DNA of 64,000 nucleotides from Tubulanus polymorphus (Eukaryota; Animalia; Nemertea), in the NCBI RefSeq assembly GCF_964204645.1, contig NC_134027.1, positions 14,602,485-14,666,484 on the forward strand. Reading direction: 5' to 3'. Below, one piece after another: positions 12,461-23,460 of this stretch (the first letter of the stretch is position 1; the number at the start of each line of letters is the position of its first letter). Position numbers and translations under genes: made by a program. The notes under the pieces were generated by a model, which was given only the letters and a program-made list of their open reading frames with translations, did no database searches and was not told the DNA's origin.

Positions 12461-15400
12461 GCAACATATTACCATCTACAAAACAAGAAGTAATTTGAGA
12501 ATAAATTATTCCCAAGCATATAGAACTTAAGGCTACAGTAGGCCTATACGTAGGTTGGTTTCCAGCTAGCGATTTCGTAGCCTATTGTTGCGATGAACAG
12601 TAAACCTCATGCATAACGTACCAGATCGGACCTGGCTTTTTTGTCTGTAAGGGCTTATATGCGAAATACATAGCATTGTCTATCATACATTATCCATTAT
12701 ATATGTATACACCATATTTTGTATGTTGTACACATAAAAAGTATGTGGTACAATGTGATCGTCCAATATACAGACAGAGGCCATCCCCTCAATTAGAACT
12801 GAGCCCGCTTGTAAAAACTAACAACATTAACATTAAACTAAACAATTGGCCTATGCAATTGCATAATTCTCCATGTCTCTTGTTAGTCCTGTCAACTTTA
12901 TTGTCAAACCAATAATATACTTGTTTAACATTGAATTGATAAGAACCAATAAAGTCAATTTGATTTGCTTAGATTTAAAATGATCTTACCTCCAAATGTT
13001 TAACATGTAGGCCTACTCGCATATTTTAACTGGCCTGCTACTTGCAATTTCTTTTTTCAACTCCATGCTTGCAAAAGACGAATTCGGTAGGTATACATCG
13101 ATATTTACGGGTAATTTTTCCACTAAAAAGTGCATCTTTATGTTATTTGTCTTCCATTTTGGAACACTACTAAAATGAAAACCTCACTGACGAACTGACG
13201 AGCTCCGATTAAATGGTTTTCAATAAACAGAAAAAAACCTAGACAAATCTAATCTCATCTAAATGTTGAATTAAATAGTAACAGGCCTTATTCATGTACC
13301 TTTTTGTCTATTTTTATAATACAGCGTATATTAAAATGATCGTCATTTCTTCACTGAATCGTTATTTTCAACTTACTTAATTGATTTTGCCTTAGCTTCA
13401 TAATAACTTAGTATAAGTTATTTTTACTAATTAAATATCACTAATCACGATTATTCTTAAATTCTAAAAGAACTAAAATGCAGATGTAAAACTTATTAAT
13501 AATTAAATAATCTATTTCAATTAAACTCCCAAGCACCCCTGCGCGGTGGCAGCCATATTGCCATTGTTAAGCAACACGTTTTCACGCCGTTTTCACAGGC
13601 TTTCACGATCTATTCAGTATTCTATTCTCATAATGATTTCAAAACGCATTAATGGATGACAATGTATAATAGGGGATCATTGACAACAGGACCAAAAGTG
13701 ACACTGCTTCTTTGTTTGAGGTGAAACACATAGTGGATCATTGAATGATTAGATTCATTACAATTAGTAGAGAGAGTGGATTCGAATGGAAGTGGAACAG
13801 AAAAAATCGAAGGCCATTTATTATCCCGCGTTTAAAGGACGTTGTGGATTGTTCAGGTATGATTATTGTTATGTACATGTAGTAAAGTAAAGGTTTATTG
13901 TGTTGGGCTTCAGGCCACCACAAGGTCACTAAAAGAATATGTTTATTGGAATGAAAACGAACATGACTAAGTAAATATTGTACTTGTAGGCCTAAAAATT
14001 GTGAGTGATCATTCCAATCGTGAGGGATAAAAATGGAGTGTCTTTGGTGTTTATTCATCCAATCTAAAAACCGCAGGGTCATTTTGATTTTGTTGTGCGC
14101 CCATCATCGCCATTAAATTTGTATGCTGGACATGAAATTAGGTCGCTGTCGGAGTTTCGATTGGGGACAAAAACAACATTAGTGCAATCAATTCTTGACC
14201 ATTTTTTTTCAAACTTTATAGGGTCTACACCAATAAGAATTGATCCAATGACCGACACTATAAAATTGGAATTCCCATTTTTTTGGCTTATAAATGTGTC
14301 CACCAGGGGATTGTTGGAAAACGATGTTAGTGCGAGAGAGCCTTCAATTCTCCACTGATTTCTCAACAACGACAGTGTGATGAAAATCAGGTATTTACAT
14401 AATAGATTATATGAGCGTCGAAATGGTTTTAGTATAGATTACAGCGTGAGCATTGTAAATTCTTCTCATTTTAGGATGCCTACTCACTATTGGATGATAC
14501 AACAGCTGCTGCCATACGCTGATTAGTCGGAAAACCTAATACTGTTGGGTGCATGCATGCTGTCGTCCACTCATTTAAAAGTCTAATTGTCAAGGCATTG
14601 GACTGGATGCGACGCAATGAAAGTCTTCCATGAGGAAAAAAGTTTGACCCAAACCGGGTCAGCTAAATAATACGTAAGTACATGAATTCAATATATAATG
14701 GCTAGCGTTCATTTGTTGTTGATTTACAGGGGCGGATCCAAGCTGGAAGAACGAGGGTTCAGCTCTTATGAAAAGGGCCCTAGTCAATACAGGTCTCCCG
14801 GTCTGAAACGGTTGTATGGGGTTTGTGCACTTTGATCATAGGGTGGAATTTTTCTCCTGTGATTCAAAAGGGCACTTGGTCAGAAAAGGGGAGGGTTTAA
14901 CGTTTAATATGGCTCGAGGCGAACAATCACTGTGTCCTGATGCGTTGGGTGATTCAGTCGAAGGACGTGTTGGATTCGGGCGATTCAGTCGGCGCAGACC
15001 CTGACAAACTAGGTGATTTTACCGACAATTTCATTGCACAACATTAGTGCTTAACGAAATTGCCTAATGTGTCCCCACCTTTAGTCCATTTGAGACTTTA
15101 GTCCAAGCGGGCTATTGCATTCACCCTTCGTTCGTCTGTTGTTGGAATCCAGTATTTTGGGAAGTTTTAATACTCTTGATATTTAAGTTATACATATATC
15201 TATCCTAGCCATGTCTCCAGCCCAAAACTGGTCCGAATCAAGATGGCCAACTGCATTGGCCATTTTCATTCCCCAAAATCATAACTTATGCAATTTTTTG
15301 AAGTTTTCAAGGGAAATTTTGAAGATGCTTCAATCTTGACACAAGATGGCCATCATGTGACCTTTTTTGTACCCAAAAAGGTCATTTTTGTCTTGTAGCT

Positions 15401-15702
15401 GCCTAATGGTTTGCAATTTTTCTTTGAAATTTGTAATGGGTGTACATTCTTAACAATCTAAAACATACGAGACAGATTTTTCGATCAGTCAAGCGTGACA
15501 CATTTGGCAGCCATCTTAGTGTCATCAGTTCTTATTCATAGATAGAAAAAGGTTTTTGAAGGAAAATATCAACAGGTTTTGACTTATATAGTCTTGATAT
15601 TTGATAATTGTTACCACTGTTGTAGTATTCATCTCATGTGGAATTGGGGTTACCCAGGTTTTTGTTCTCACCACCAGGGGGAGTTGAATATTGAATTATA
15701 TA

Positions 15703-15867
15703 GGGGTCATTCATTTATTACGTACGCATTAGGGGAAGGGGAGGGGTCAGTGCAATTGCGTACTGTATTGCTGAATGTATATGAAAAAATGGCTGATTTT
15801 GCGTACAAAGGGGGAGGGGGTTTGAAAAATTCAAATTTTATGCGTACGTAATAAATGAATGATCCCA
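15703..15867. mobile_element. PIF/Harbinger-like MITE; related copy in opposite orientation at about 19580-19726
   Basis: TIRs GGGGTCATTCATTTATTACGTACGCA and TGCGTACGTAATAAATGAATGATCCC. Confidence 0.7.
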
Positions 15868-17667
15868 TACAATTTGTCTAATTTATTTTGGTACCTATGA
15901 ATACTTAATAACATCGATCAATTATAAAATTGTAGCTTGTGACATGTTTTATGATAGTGGTTAGTTTCAATGTCCTGTTTCTATTTTATTATGTTGATTG
16001 GTTAGCATTCGAAACCATATGGGCATGGTGTACCTAGACCCCTTGTTTTTCATCAGGTGGCGTTGAACATTGAAATTTCCAGATTGTCAAGCATTTCACC
16101 ATATGGCTTAAAATCAAGTCATTGAAGAGTGCAAAAACTGTTAACTGTTTATATGCAGAAGAATCTTAGAAAAAGCTACAGAATTCAATCATCATCCCAA
16201 GCAGCTGAAGTTGAATTATTTATCCGGGTAAAGAAATCATTGTATACTTTTGCTTAATTTTTTCAAATGGTTATCATTTCAGAACAATGTCGAAAGGAGA
16301 AGGGTGCGAAAGAGGCCAACATAAGACATGCCATAACTCAAAGATTTATAAAATTTATGAAGATGAATAAATCAGTTAGTATGGAAAATGTGAATCTCTT
16401 GAGTATGTTCATTCTAAACAGCACATGGATTAAGGAGATTTCCTCACATGGTGGTTTGATTTGAATTCAACAAAAAATGGCAATTGAAGACACATGTATT
16501 TAGCGTGTAAGACACGTGTAATATTGGATGAAATACACGTGTAATTAGGATAAAGTACACGTGTAATACAAGATGAAAAACACGTGTAATAAGGATGAAG
16601 TACACGTGTAATACACGTGTAATTTGGATGAAGTACACATGTAATTAGGATGAAGTACACGTGTAATTTGGATGAAGTACACGTGTAATACACGTGTAAT
16701 TTGGATGAAGTACACGTGTAATACACGTGTAATTTGGATGAAGTACACGTGTAATTGGGATAAAGTACACGTGTAAAATTGGGCAAATTTTACACGTGTA
16801 CTTGAAATACACGTGTATTTTCATTTACAATTACACGTGTACCATTTTCGTAAGGGCAGCTCCGCCTCTACAAGATTCTTATGGGTAAGCAGGTTTCTTT
16901 ACAAATCATGCTACTTAATTCTTTTTCAATGCTTGGAAATTTCTACACCCTTACTGTATGCTAGTTTTGCTAGAAATTGCCATTCTTAAATACAGGTGTT
17001 GCTTGTGGCTACCCTGATTTTAAGTCAATTTGTACTCATTTGTCTCTCAAACATGTCAACATCCGTTTGAAAATCACATGTGAAAAATTCCACCCGACGT
17101 TGATCTAAAGCAAAATTGTATTCAAGTTCAGATTTATTTCACGGAAAACATATGACAGGCTATGTACAGAGATTAAGAGAAAAAACAAACATACAATAGA
17201 ATTTACAATTTTTAAACAAGCACAATCTATAAAAAGAGAGAAAGAAAAGTAGCTTTCTGTGTGGGATCCTCGGATTGTTGTAAGGTTTTAGAACCACAAA
17301 TCGGCTAGATTGACGTCTTGCAGAAAATGGGGTAGAGAATTCACATGTCAAATGATATTATCTAACAGCTTGCGAAATATGGTTATGATGTCATGCAAGA
17401 TGGTGATCGTTTATGATTCTGATTATAATTGTTAGCCCATATATACCTCAGTGCATTCATTTTTCATGTGATGATGTCAAATATCGATACAACATGTTTA
17501 TTTGTATATTTAGGCATTAATTTTCTCTACTTTCAGATGTAGCCACCAGGAAATACCGCATTACTGAAAAAGACGTTGAAACAACTGTTTCAAGTCATCT
17601 GAAATATGCTCCGTACAGAAAGGGAGGGAATAAGCAGTAGAGTTTAAAGCTCTGCAGCAGTCAATCT

Positions 17668-18737
17668 CCATTTCTGACAAAAGGGTGTATGTTCATACTG
17701 GGTGTGCGTACTGCTTTGAGAAATTTGGCGTTAGATTTATCTTTAAAAATCCTTACCCTTCCAAACACAAAAATCATAGAACATTAAGAATTATATCTCA
17801 TAGTGTTCAAGTATCCCCCTACCTATAAACGAAGTCTTTATGTCAGATAATATCATTTTAAATATCTGGCTTACTTTTCAAAGTACGTTAACTTACTTCG
17901 TTCTGTCGTATAATTTATCATGAAATAACGTTTTACAGAGCTGTTATCTTTAACAAAAGTAACTAGTTGGATATCATAGATTCTGAAAATGCAATTACAA
18001 AAGTAAACTTTATTCATAATTGATGTATAACGATTAAAAATCTCAAGTCTACCTAACAAATAATGAGAAGCTATTTCAATTGTAATCAAATCTTTTAATT
18101 GTCTACTACGTATATATTTTAGAAATGAATCGCAAAATCCATCGCAATGTATATTCACATGGTATACCGGTTTTAGTCAAATCAATAGAATCATGTGAAA
18201 ATTCATAATTTGCCATTGCCAGTACTTAAGTTTTTCCAATATTCGGTTCATTGTCATGTGGATCAGAAACTCATTTTTTCCATGACAACAGGTTAGCCAG
18301 AATTAACTGTGTGTGAGAATTTGCATCATTTGACAGTGGAAAATGTTTGTTTTACCAGTAATCTTTTAAAGAAAGTCTGGCTAGAGACTTTAAAAGGGCA
18401 CTTTAGGCTCTTTTTACAGTAATGAAAATCGTTATTTGTCATAAAATCTTACGACAAAAGGAAGGATGTGTCAATTGATTAAGTGACCAAAGGAAGTATC
18501 TTTGAATACCTGACAGACTTACTTCTTTTGTCAGTTTAACTACTAGATACTGCGTTTTATCAGAAAATATCTGCCTGAAAACTAGACATACTTCCTTTTG
18601 TCATTTTTATCTCCCTAACGGTTAGAGATACTGATCTGAGGATTGCACCAAATGAAAGATCAGGTCCTAATAAGTTAAGAATCGATCAAACCCTGATTTT
18701 CGAAATATTTTGACAGACACCCTTTTGTCAGAAATGG
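17668..18737. mobile_element. About 1.07-kb non-autonomous TIR element just 3' of the DUF4806-like gene (superfamily uncertain)
   Basis: Perfect 21-bp inverted repeat CCATTTCTGACAAAAGGGTGT / ACACCCTTTTGTCAGAAATGG; internal GACAAAAG/CTTTTGTC motifs near 18452, 18525 and 18595. Confidence 0.65.
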
Positions 18738-20466
18738 GCGGGCATGTATATTCTTAACCTAAGCTCTGGTCGTCTTAAATCGCAGACCATTCCGATAAGA
18801 TGATTGGGTCATAAGTCGACCTGAGCTTAGCTTTATAGTTGATTGTTTTCGTCCCAATCGGGGCACTACCTGTTATTTCTATTTGTATCAAAACATCTTA
18901 AATTGCGTTTTTGTTTTGATTATTTTATTTTCATAAAGTTGGGCAATCAATGTTATTAGAAAAGTTGTTTAAAGGCCTCCACGTGCGCGGCAGTGCTAAA
19001 CATTAGACTGTTGCACACTCAAACACGCTCATACAGACTACTATATGATGATGCTGTAACGCTGTTTGATAGAATTTGTAATAAATTGTAATTTCTTGTG
19101 ACCTGAAAATACTAAGCAGCAAACTATAGGTATATGTCGAGGTCTGAATAATGTAGTGGTAAATTCCAGGATTTAAAACGATCTAATACTATGCCCCCGT
19201 GTTTTAGCTTCCGCGGCCTTACATTGGAAGAGGTTTTGTTTCCAAGACCAATACCTACCTGTACCCTACGAAATTTTGGACGTAGACCATAAACAAATGT
19301 TTATCTTTGGTCTTATTTGACTACAAAATAATTCTTTAAGAAAGATAAAATACAATATAAACTTCTAGAACCTTGAAGTCACGAATTAAAAAGATTTTTC
19401 GAGCAATGCCCTTACTCCAAACAACCTGTATCTTTCAAGATAAACCACACTTTGCCCATGGGCAATTTATTAGTTATTTGAGGAAAATTTTAAACTTAGT
19501 CTTGATATTTGATAGTTTGTAACATTGTCATCGAAGCATCTCCTATACATGGAATAGGGGTTGCCCAGTTTTTTGTTCGGATTCATTTATTTATTGCGTA
19601 CGCATAGACATTGAATTTTTCAACCCCCTGGTATGCAAAATTTGCCATTTTTTATATACATTTAGCAATACAGAACGCAATTGCATTTACCCCTCACCTA
19701 ATGCGTACGTAATAAATGAATGACCCATTCTCTCCACCAGGGGAAGTAATTTATTGACTCAAATACAATCTCCCATTTATAATGGTATGTACATGTACAT
19801 ATTAATATATATTTTGCTACCACGATAAAGTAGCTTATGACATGTTCTATGATTGTGGCAAGTTCTTAAAAGTCAATGGTTTATGTTTACAAGGAGGCGT
19901 TTAATAATAAAATTGTCAGATTGTCAATCATGTCCCCAAGTGGGTGTGGTGTCCTCGAACTCTGGTTTTCTACATGTCCAAAAAACATTTGATATCGAGA
20001 GATTGTTGTGTAATCTGAATGCTTCCTTTAACAAGCAATATTAGCCTGTTCCCTTACACAGAAATTGGAGAAAAGAAACAATTTTTCTCGACTATTTTAC
20101 AAGAATAGTTCGATCTCAAGCACTACAGACTGCCTGTACGTTATTCTGATTACTATACATAAAAAGTCATATCAAGTTCAAGGAGGGAAATATGCATGTC
20201 TATTAATGTTCACAGTTGATTCGTTCGGTTTTGGTTTGTAACTCTGCTGGTATTACCAAATCACTTATGCTTAATGCATATTTTTGTACACCGGTAATTC
20301 ATTGTTTTTGTCCTTATTGGGGACAGAATCTCGAGATGAGTGATGTATGATCTGAATACTATATTTGATTTCTGGCCTATATGGTGAATGCAATGGGGTT
20401 AGCAGAGCCGTCGATTGGGTAAATGAGCTGTCATTGTCTGTCAAACTCTAACTTAAATATCTTGTA

Positions 20467-20530
20467 AAAATTTTGTAAACGAAAATCAAAATTTTGTAAA
20501 CGAAAATCAAAATTTTGTAAACGAAAATCA
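20467..20530. repeat. 21-bp tandem repeat x3 (AAAATTTTGTAAACGAAAATC)
   Basis: Direct inspection. Confidence 0.85.
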
Positions 20531-21489
20531 ATTTTATCAGATCTCAAGCACAAGGATACTGCTGTTATGTAATTCTGTTGTATTTTTATACAATTATTAT
20601 GAGATTTGTAATAATAATCTTTATTTTACAGAAGATAAGGTTTTTGATTGGTGGTTTTGGTGCATTCTTAGCATCAACGTTGAATTAACGTTTTTACGTT
20701 TGAGATAAACGTCACCTAAACTTTCATTTTAACCTGAAAATAAACGTCAACTCAACGTTACTTTTAAACGTAAACTCAACGTTGAAAAAGGACTCGTATA
20801 CAACGTTTTTTTAGGACCTTGATTCAACGTTGATGACTTACGTCATCTCAACTTTCATTTTAAACTGGAAATAAATGTCGGTGCAACGTTTTATTTTAAC
20901 GTTTTTTAAACATTGAAATTAGGTTGATGTGTTAGCTGGGATAAGGGAAGAGGTTTCGTTTCCAAGACTCAATATTCAGCCACCCTCTGATATGTGACAT
21001 CATATGAATTTTATTTGAATATTTTTTCATATTGTGAAATTTAAAAAAAAATATTAAACAGTTTCCAATGCCGCTCCTACCTGTACCCTACGAAATTTTG
21101 GACGTAGACCATAAACAAATGTTTATCTTTGGTCTTATTTGACTACAAAATAATTCCTTAAGAAAGATAAAATACAATATAAACTTCTAGAACTATGAAG
21201 TCACGAATTAAAAAGATTTTTTCAAACAATGCCCTTATACTCCAAACAACCCCTAGCTTTCAAGGTAAACCAAAGGACATTTTATACCAAAACCACAGGG
21301 GCTCTTGTAAGCTCAGATTACGTTCATTTGTTGAATACATTCTGGTTATGAACAAAATATAAGATGCTCTTCACTTGAAGTTGAAAGGTAGAGGATTTTG
21401 AGTGCCATAGCATTTGCTGAACAGGATATTTTTGGAGTCGTTGACTCGTTTAATCGCGATTTCGATTTCGCACTAGTTAGACCGTCTCA

Positions 21490-21861
21490 TTCCAAGATGA
21501 GGCGTTGCGTTGATTTCGGTTACAAGTTTACGTTCAGAGATAACTGGTGAGCCATTTGGGCGACCTATCATTGATACTGTTTCCTAATAGCCTGTTTAGT
21601 AATGGCTGATGTTGAGCCTTATAAAATGCTTTGTTGAAATCCCCCGTTGAACAGGATTCTAAGACGGTGCAGAAAACCCGTTATCGCTGCTTTGCAGCTA
21701 TATTTAGGGTTTTCTGTTACATCACAGAAAACCCTATTGAGATTCGCGTGTTTCTTATTAGGGTTTTTCTGTTACATCACAGAAAACCCTATTGAGATTC
21801 GCGTGTTTCTTATTATTAGGGTTTCTGCTGCCTTCGCAGAAACACTATTGTATTCCAGCCG

Positions 21862-21901
<40 letters not shown>

Positions 21902-23438
21902 TCTTTTTCACACCGGATCTTACTGAAAGCATATAAACTACTGCAACTTACTTTCACTGTCGGTGAATCCATTCTGTATCACAAGTACTACACTGCATTG
22001 ACAAATACTGCGTATAATATTAATCAGAATGCCACTGTTTACTCACTGTGAGCCTCTAAACATCGAAATTTAAGCCCGATTCAAACAGTATCCATCTACG
22101 TATGTGTATTGCCTGTGTGTCATTCCCACAGCGCGTCAGTATGTGTGTTTGTGTCAGTGTCCCTATAAGCATTGATAGAGCTGGTGTACTAGATCAGTAG
22201 TTGTTTTAGTATTTTTATCTCTTCTACTATTGTGGCGCACTGATTGAGGTCAGTCTCGAGTGAACGCAACTGAGGAATTTAGCCTTGTTTGTGTCGCCTA
22301 TACAAGCAATAGCATCCTGGCAGTATCTTCCCTGTATAGAGCTAATTAATGCAGCTATACGCGAGAGCCTGAATGATTATATTCCTCTAGCATTACAATA
22401 TTCCTTGACGGATTTACTTGAAACTTTCCTGAGATGTACGGAACACAGGTACCTTGAGGTAACTCGAGGGGATCTTAGATCGGGGACCCCGTTCACCCAC
22501 CAGGGGGTGTTTTACATTTGAAAATTCTGACATCGAAAAGTTACTGTGAAAGAAAATTTTTTGTCTTTGACTTTTCAGCTTCGGGCGAGCACGAAAGTTG
22601 TTCATAACAGTCCGGAGGTTAAAAAAGTGAGTGGCACGCCCTATCTGCGATTAACCGTTTGGGCTCTACGGGCTCGAAAATGGGCCCCCAAATTTTTTAA
22701 TGAGATTTTCGAGTGATCAGTAGCCCTTGCGAAGACGCTTTTATTGATGTATGGTATAACTATGTAACTCATATGGTTCTCCAGTAGCGCCACCTATAAG
22801 ACACTGGAATACGCATTTTCATCTATATCGACTTAGGGTATCAATGGATTTCTATAAAAATTGATTCACATGTACCTGGTTACAAAAAGAAACGAACCCC
22901 TCATATGATTAGTTCCTATTTTAACCACTAGGGGCGTAAATTTTGAAAAATCGATTTCAGCATCCATTTTTCGCATTTAATGCGGTCTGTTTATTATGAA
23001 AATCACAAAACTTGGTATAAGAACAAAGACATGTGTGTAATATGCCATCCTGCATAATTAGTTCATACAACTGCCACCAAGGGACTGTGAAAACAAAGAT
23101 TTTTGCTCCTAGGTCCTTAACCGTTGGGGATAGAATCGAGGTTGCAATGTGTGGTTAGTAGCCCTTTTCAAGATTCTTGTATTTATGTATGGTTTAAGTA
23201 GGTAACTTATATGGTTCTCCAGGAGCGCCACCTACATTTTGCTGGAAATGCATTTTAATTGATAGCTTCTAAGCAGATAAAAGGATCTCTATGAAAATTG
23301 ATATACATGTGCCTGGATATAAGATACAACGAATCCCTAACATAATTAGTTCCTATTCTAACCACTAGGGGCGTTAATGTTGAAAACTCCTCATCCAGCA
23401 AGGCAGAAACCCGTTATCGCTGCTTTGCAGCTATATTT
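21490..23438 (+). mobile_element. Tandem Helentron-associated (HINE/DINE-1-like) non-autonomous elements, cluster 1
   Basis: 5' hairpin TTAGGGTTTCTGC..GCAGAAAC(C/A)CTA followed by an (ATT)n microsatellite (about 21861-21899). 3' end is the subTIR GCAGAAACCCG plus stem-loop GCTGC-TTT-GCAGC and a T-rich end (21668-21705 and 23403-23438). Internal roughly 430-bp direct duplication. Two extra 55-bp 5'-end units at about 21704-21812. Confidence 0.65.
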
Positions 23439-23460
23439 ATTATTATCATTATTTTTTTCC

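Larger units (their letters stand above)
11087..16856. mobile_element. Nested EnSpm/CACTA-type element 2 (5770 bp, non-autonomous/degenerate), 2-bp TSD CA
   Basis: TIRs CCCTTATGAAAATGGTACACGTGTA and TACACGTGTACCATTTTCGTAAGGG; CA at 11085-86 and 16857-58. Removing the element restores GAG CAG CTC CGC in the host exon. Subterminal ACACGTGT arrays at about 11100-11385 and 16490-16840. Confidence 0.9.
5464..17640 (+). pseudogene. Second gene of element 1: DUF4806-like protein, 10 exons, disrupted by the nested transposon in exon 9
   Basis: Frame-consistent GT-AG exons: 5464-5653, 6032-6139, 6416-6463, 6851-6916, 7406-7768, 8807-8866, 9365-9531, 10146-10210, 11018-11086+16859-16884, 17537-17640. 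N-terminus MAWTRAVWF..VVPSNW..FWPPG..W. C-terminus IGGLNSDDFLRRALQRCMTNSLMSEFNLRGKRGKFPFEQLRLYKILMDVATRK..VSSHLKYAPYRKGG*, the pattern of DUF4806-type transposon proteins. Confidence 0.8.
1..20940 (+). mobile_element. CMC/EnSpm (CACTA-superfamily) DNA transposon, element 1; left terminus not seen in the window
   Basis: Contains an EnSpm-type transposase and a co-oriented DUF4806-like second gene. The right end ...TGTGTTAGCTGGG (20928-20940; reverse complement CCCAGCTAACACA) is preceded by a subterminal field of AACGT(T)/ACGTT motifs (about 20670-20905). No matching left subterminal array is present in the window. Confidence 0.75.

Noticed and set aside
16430-16786. Repetitive minus-strand ORFs (YTCTSSKLHV...)
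   Set aside because: Translations of the ACACGTGT subterminal array, not genes.
21647-22051. Leu-rich membrane protein ORF (and the similar ORF at 35187)
   Set aside because: The poly-Leu and His-Tyr runs are microsatellites within the HINE-like repeat.
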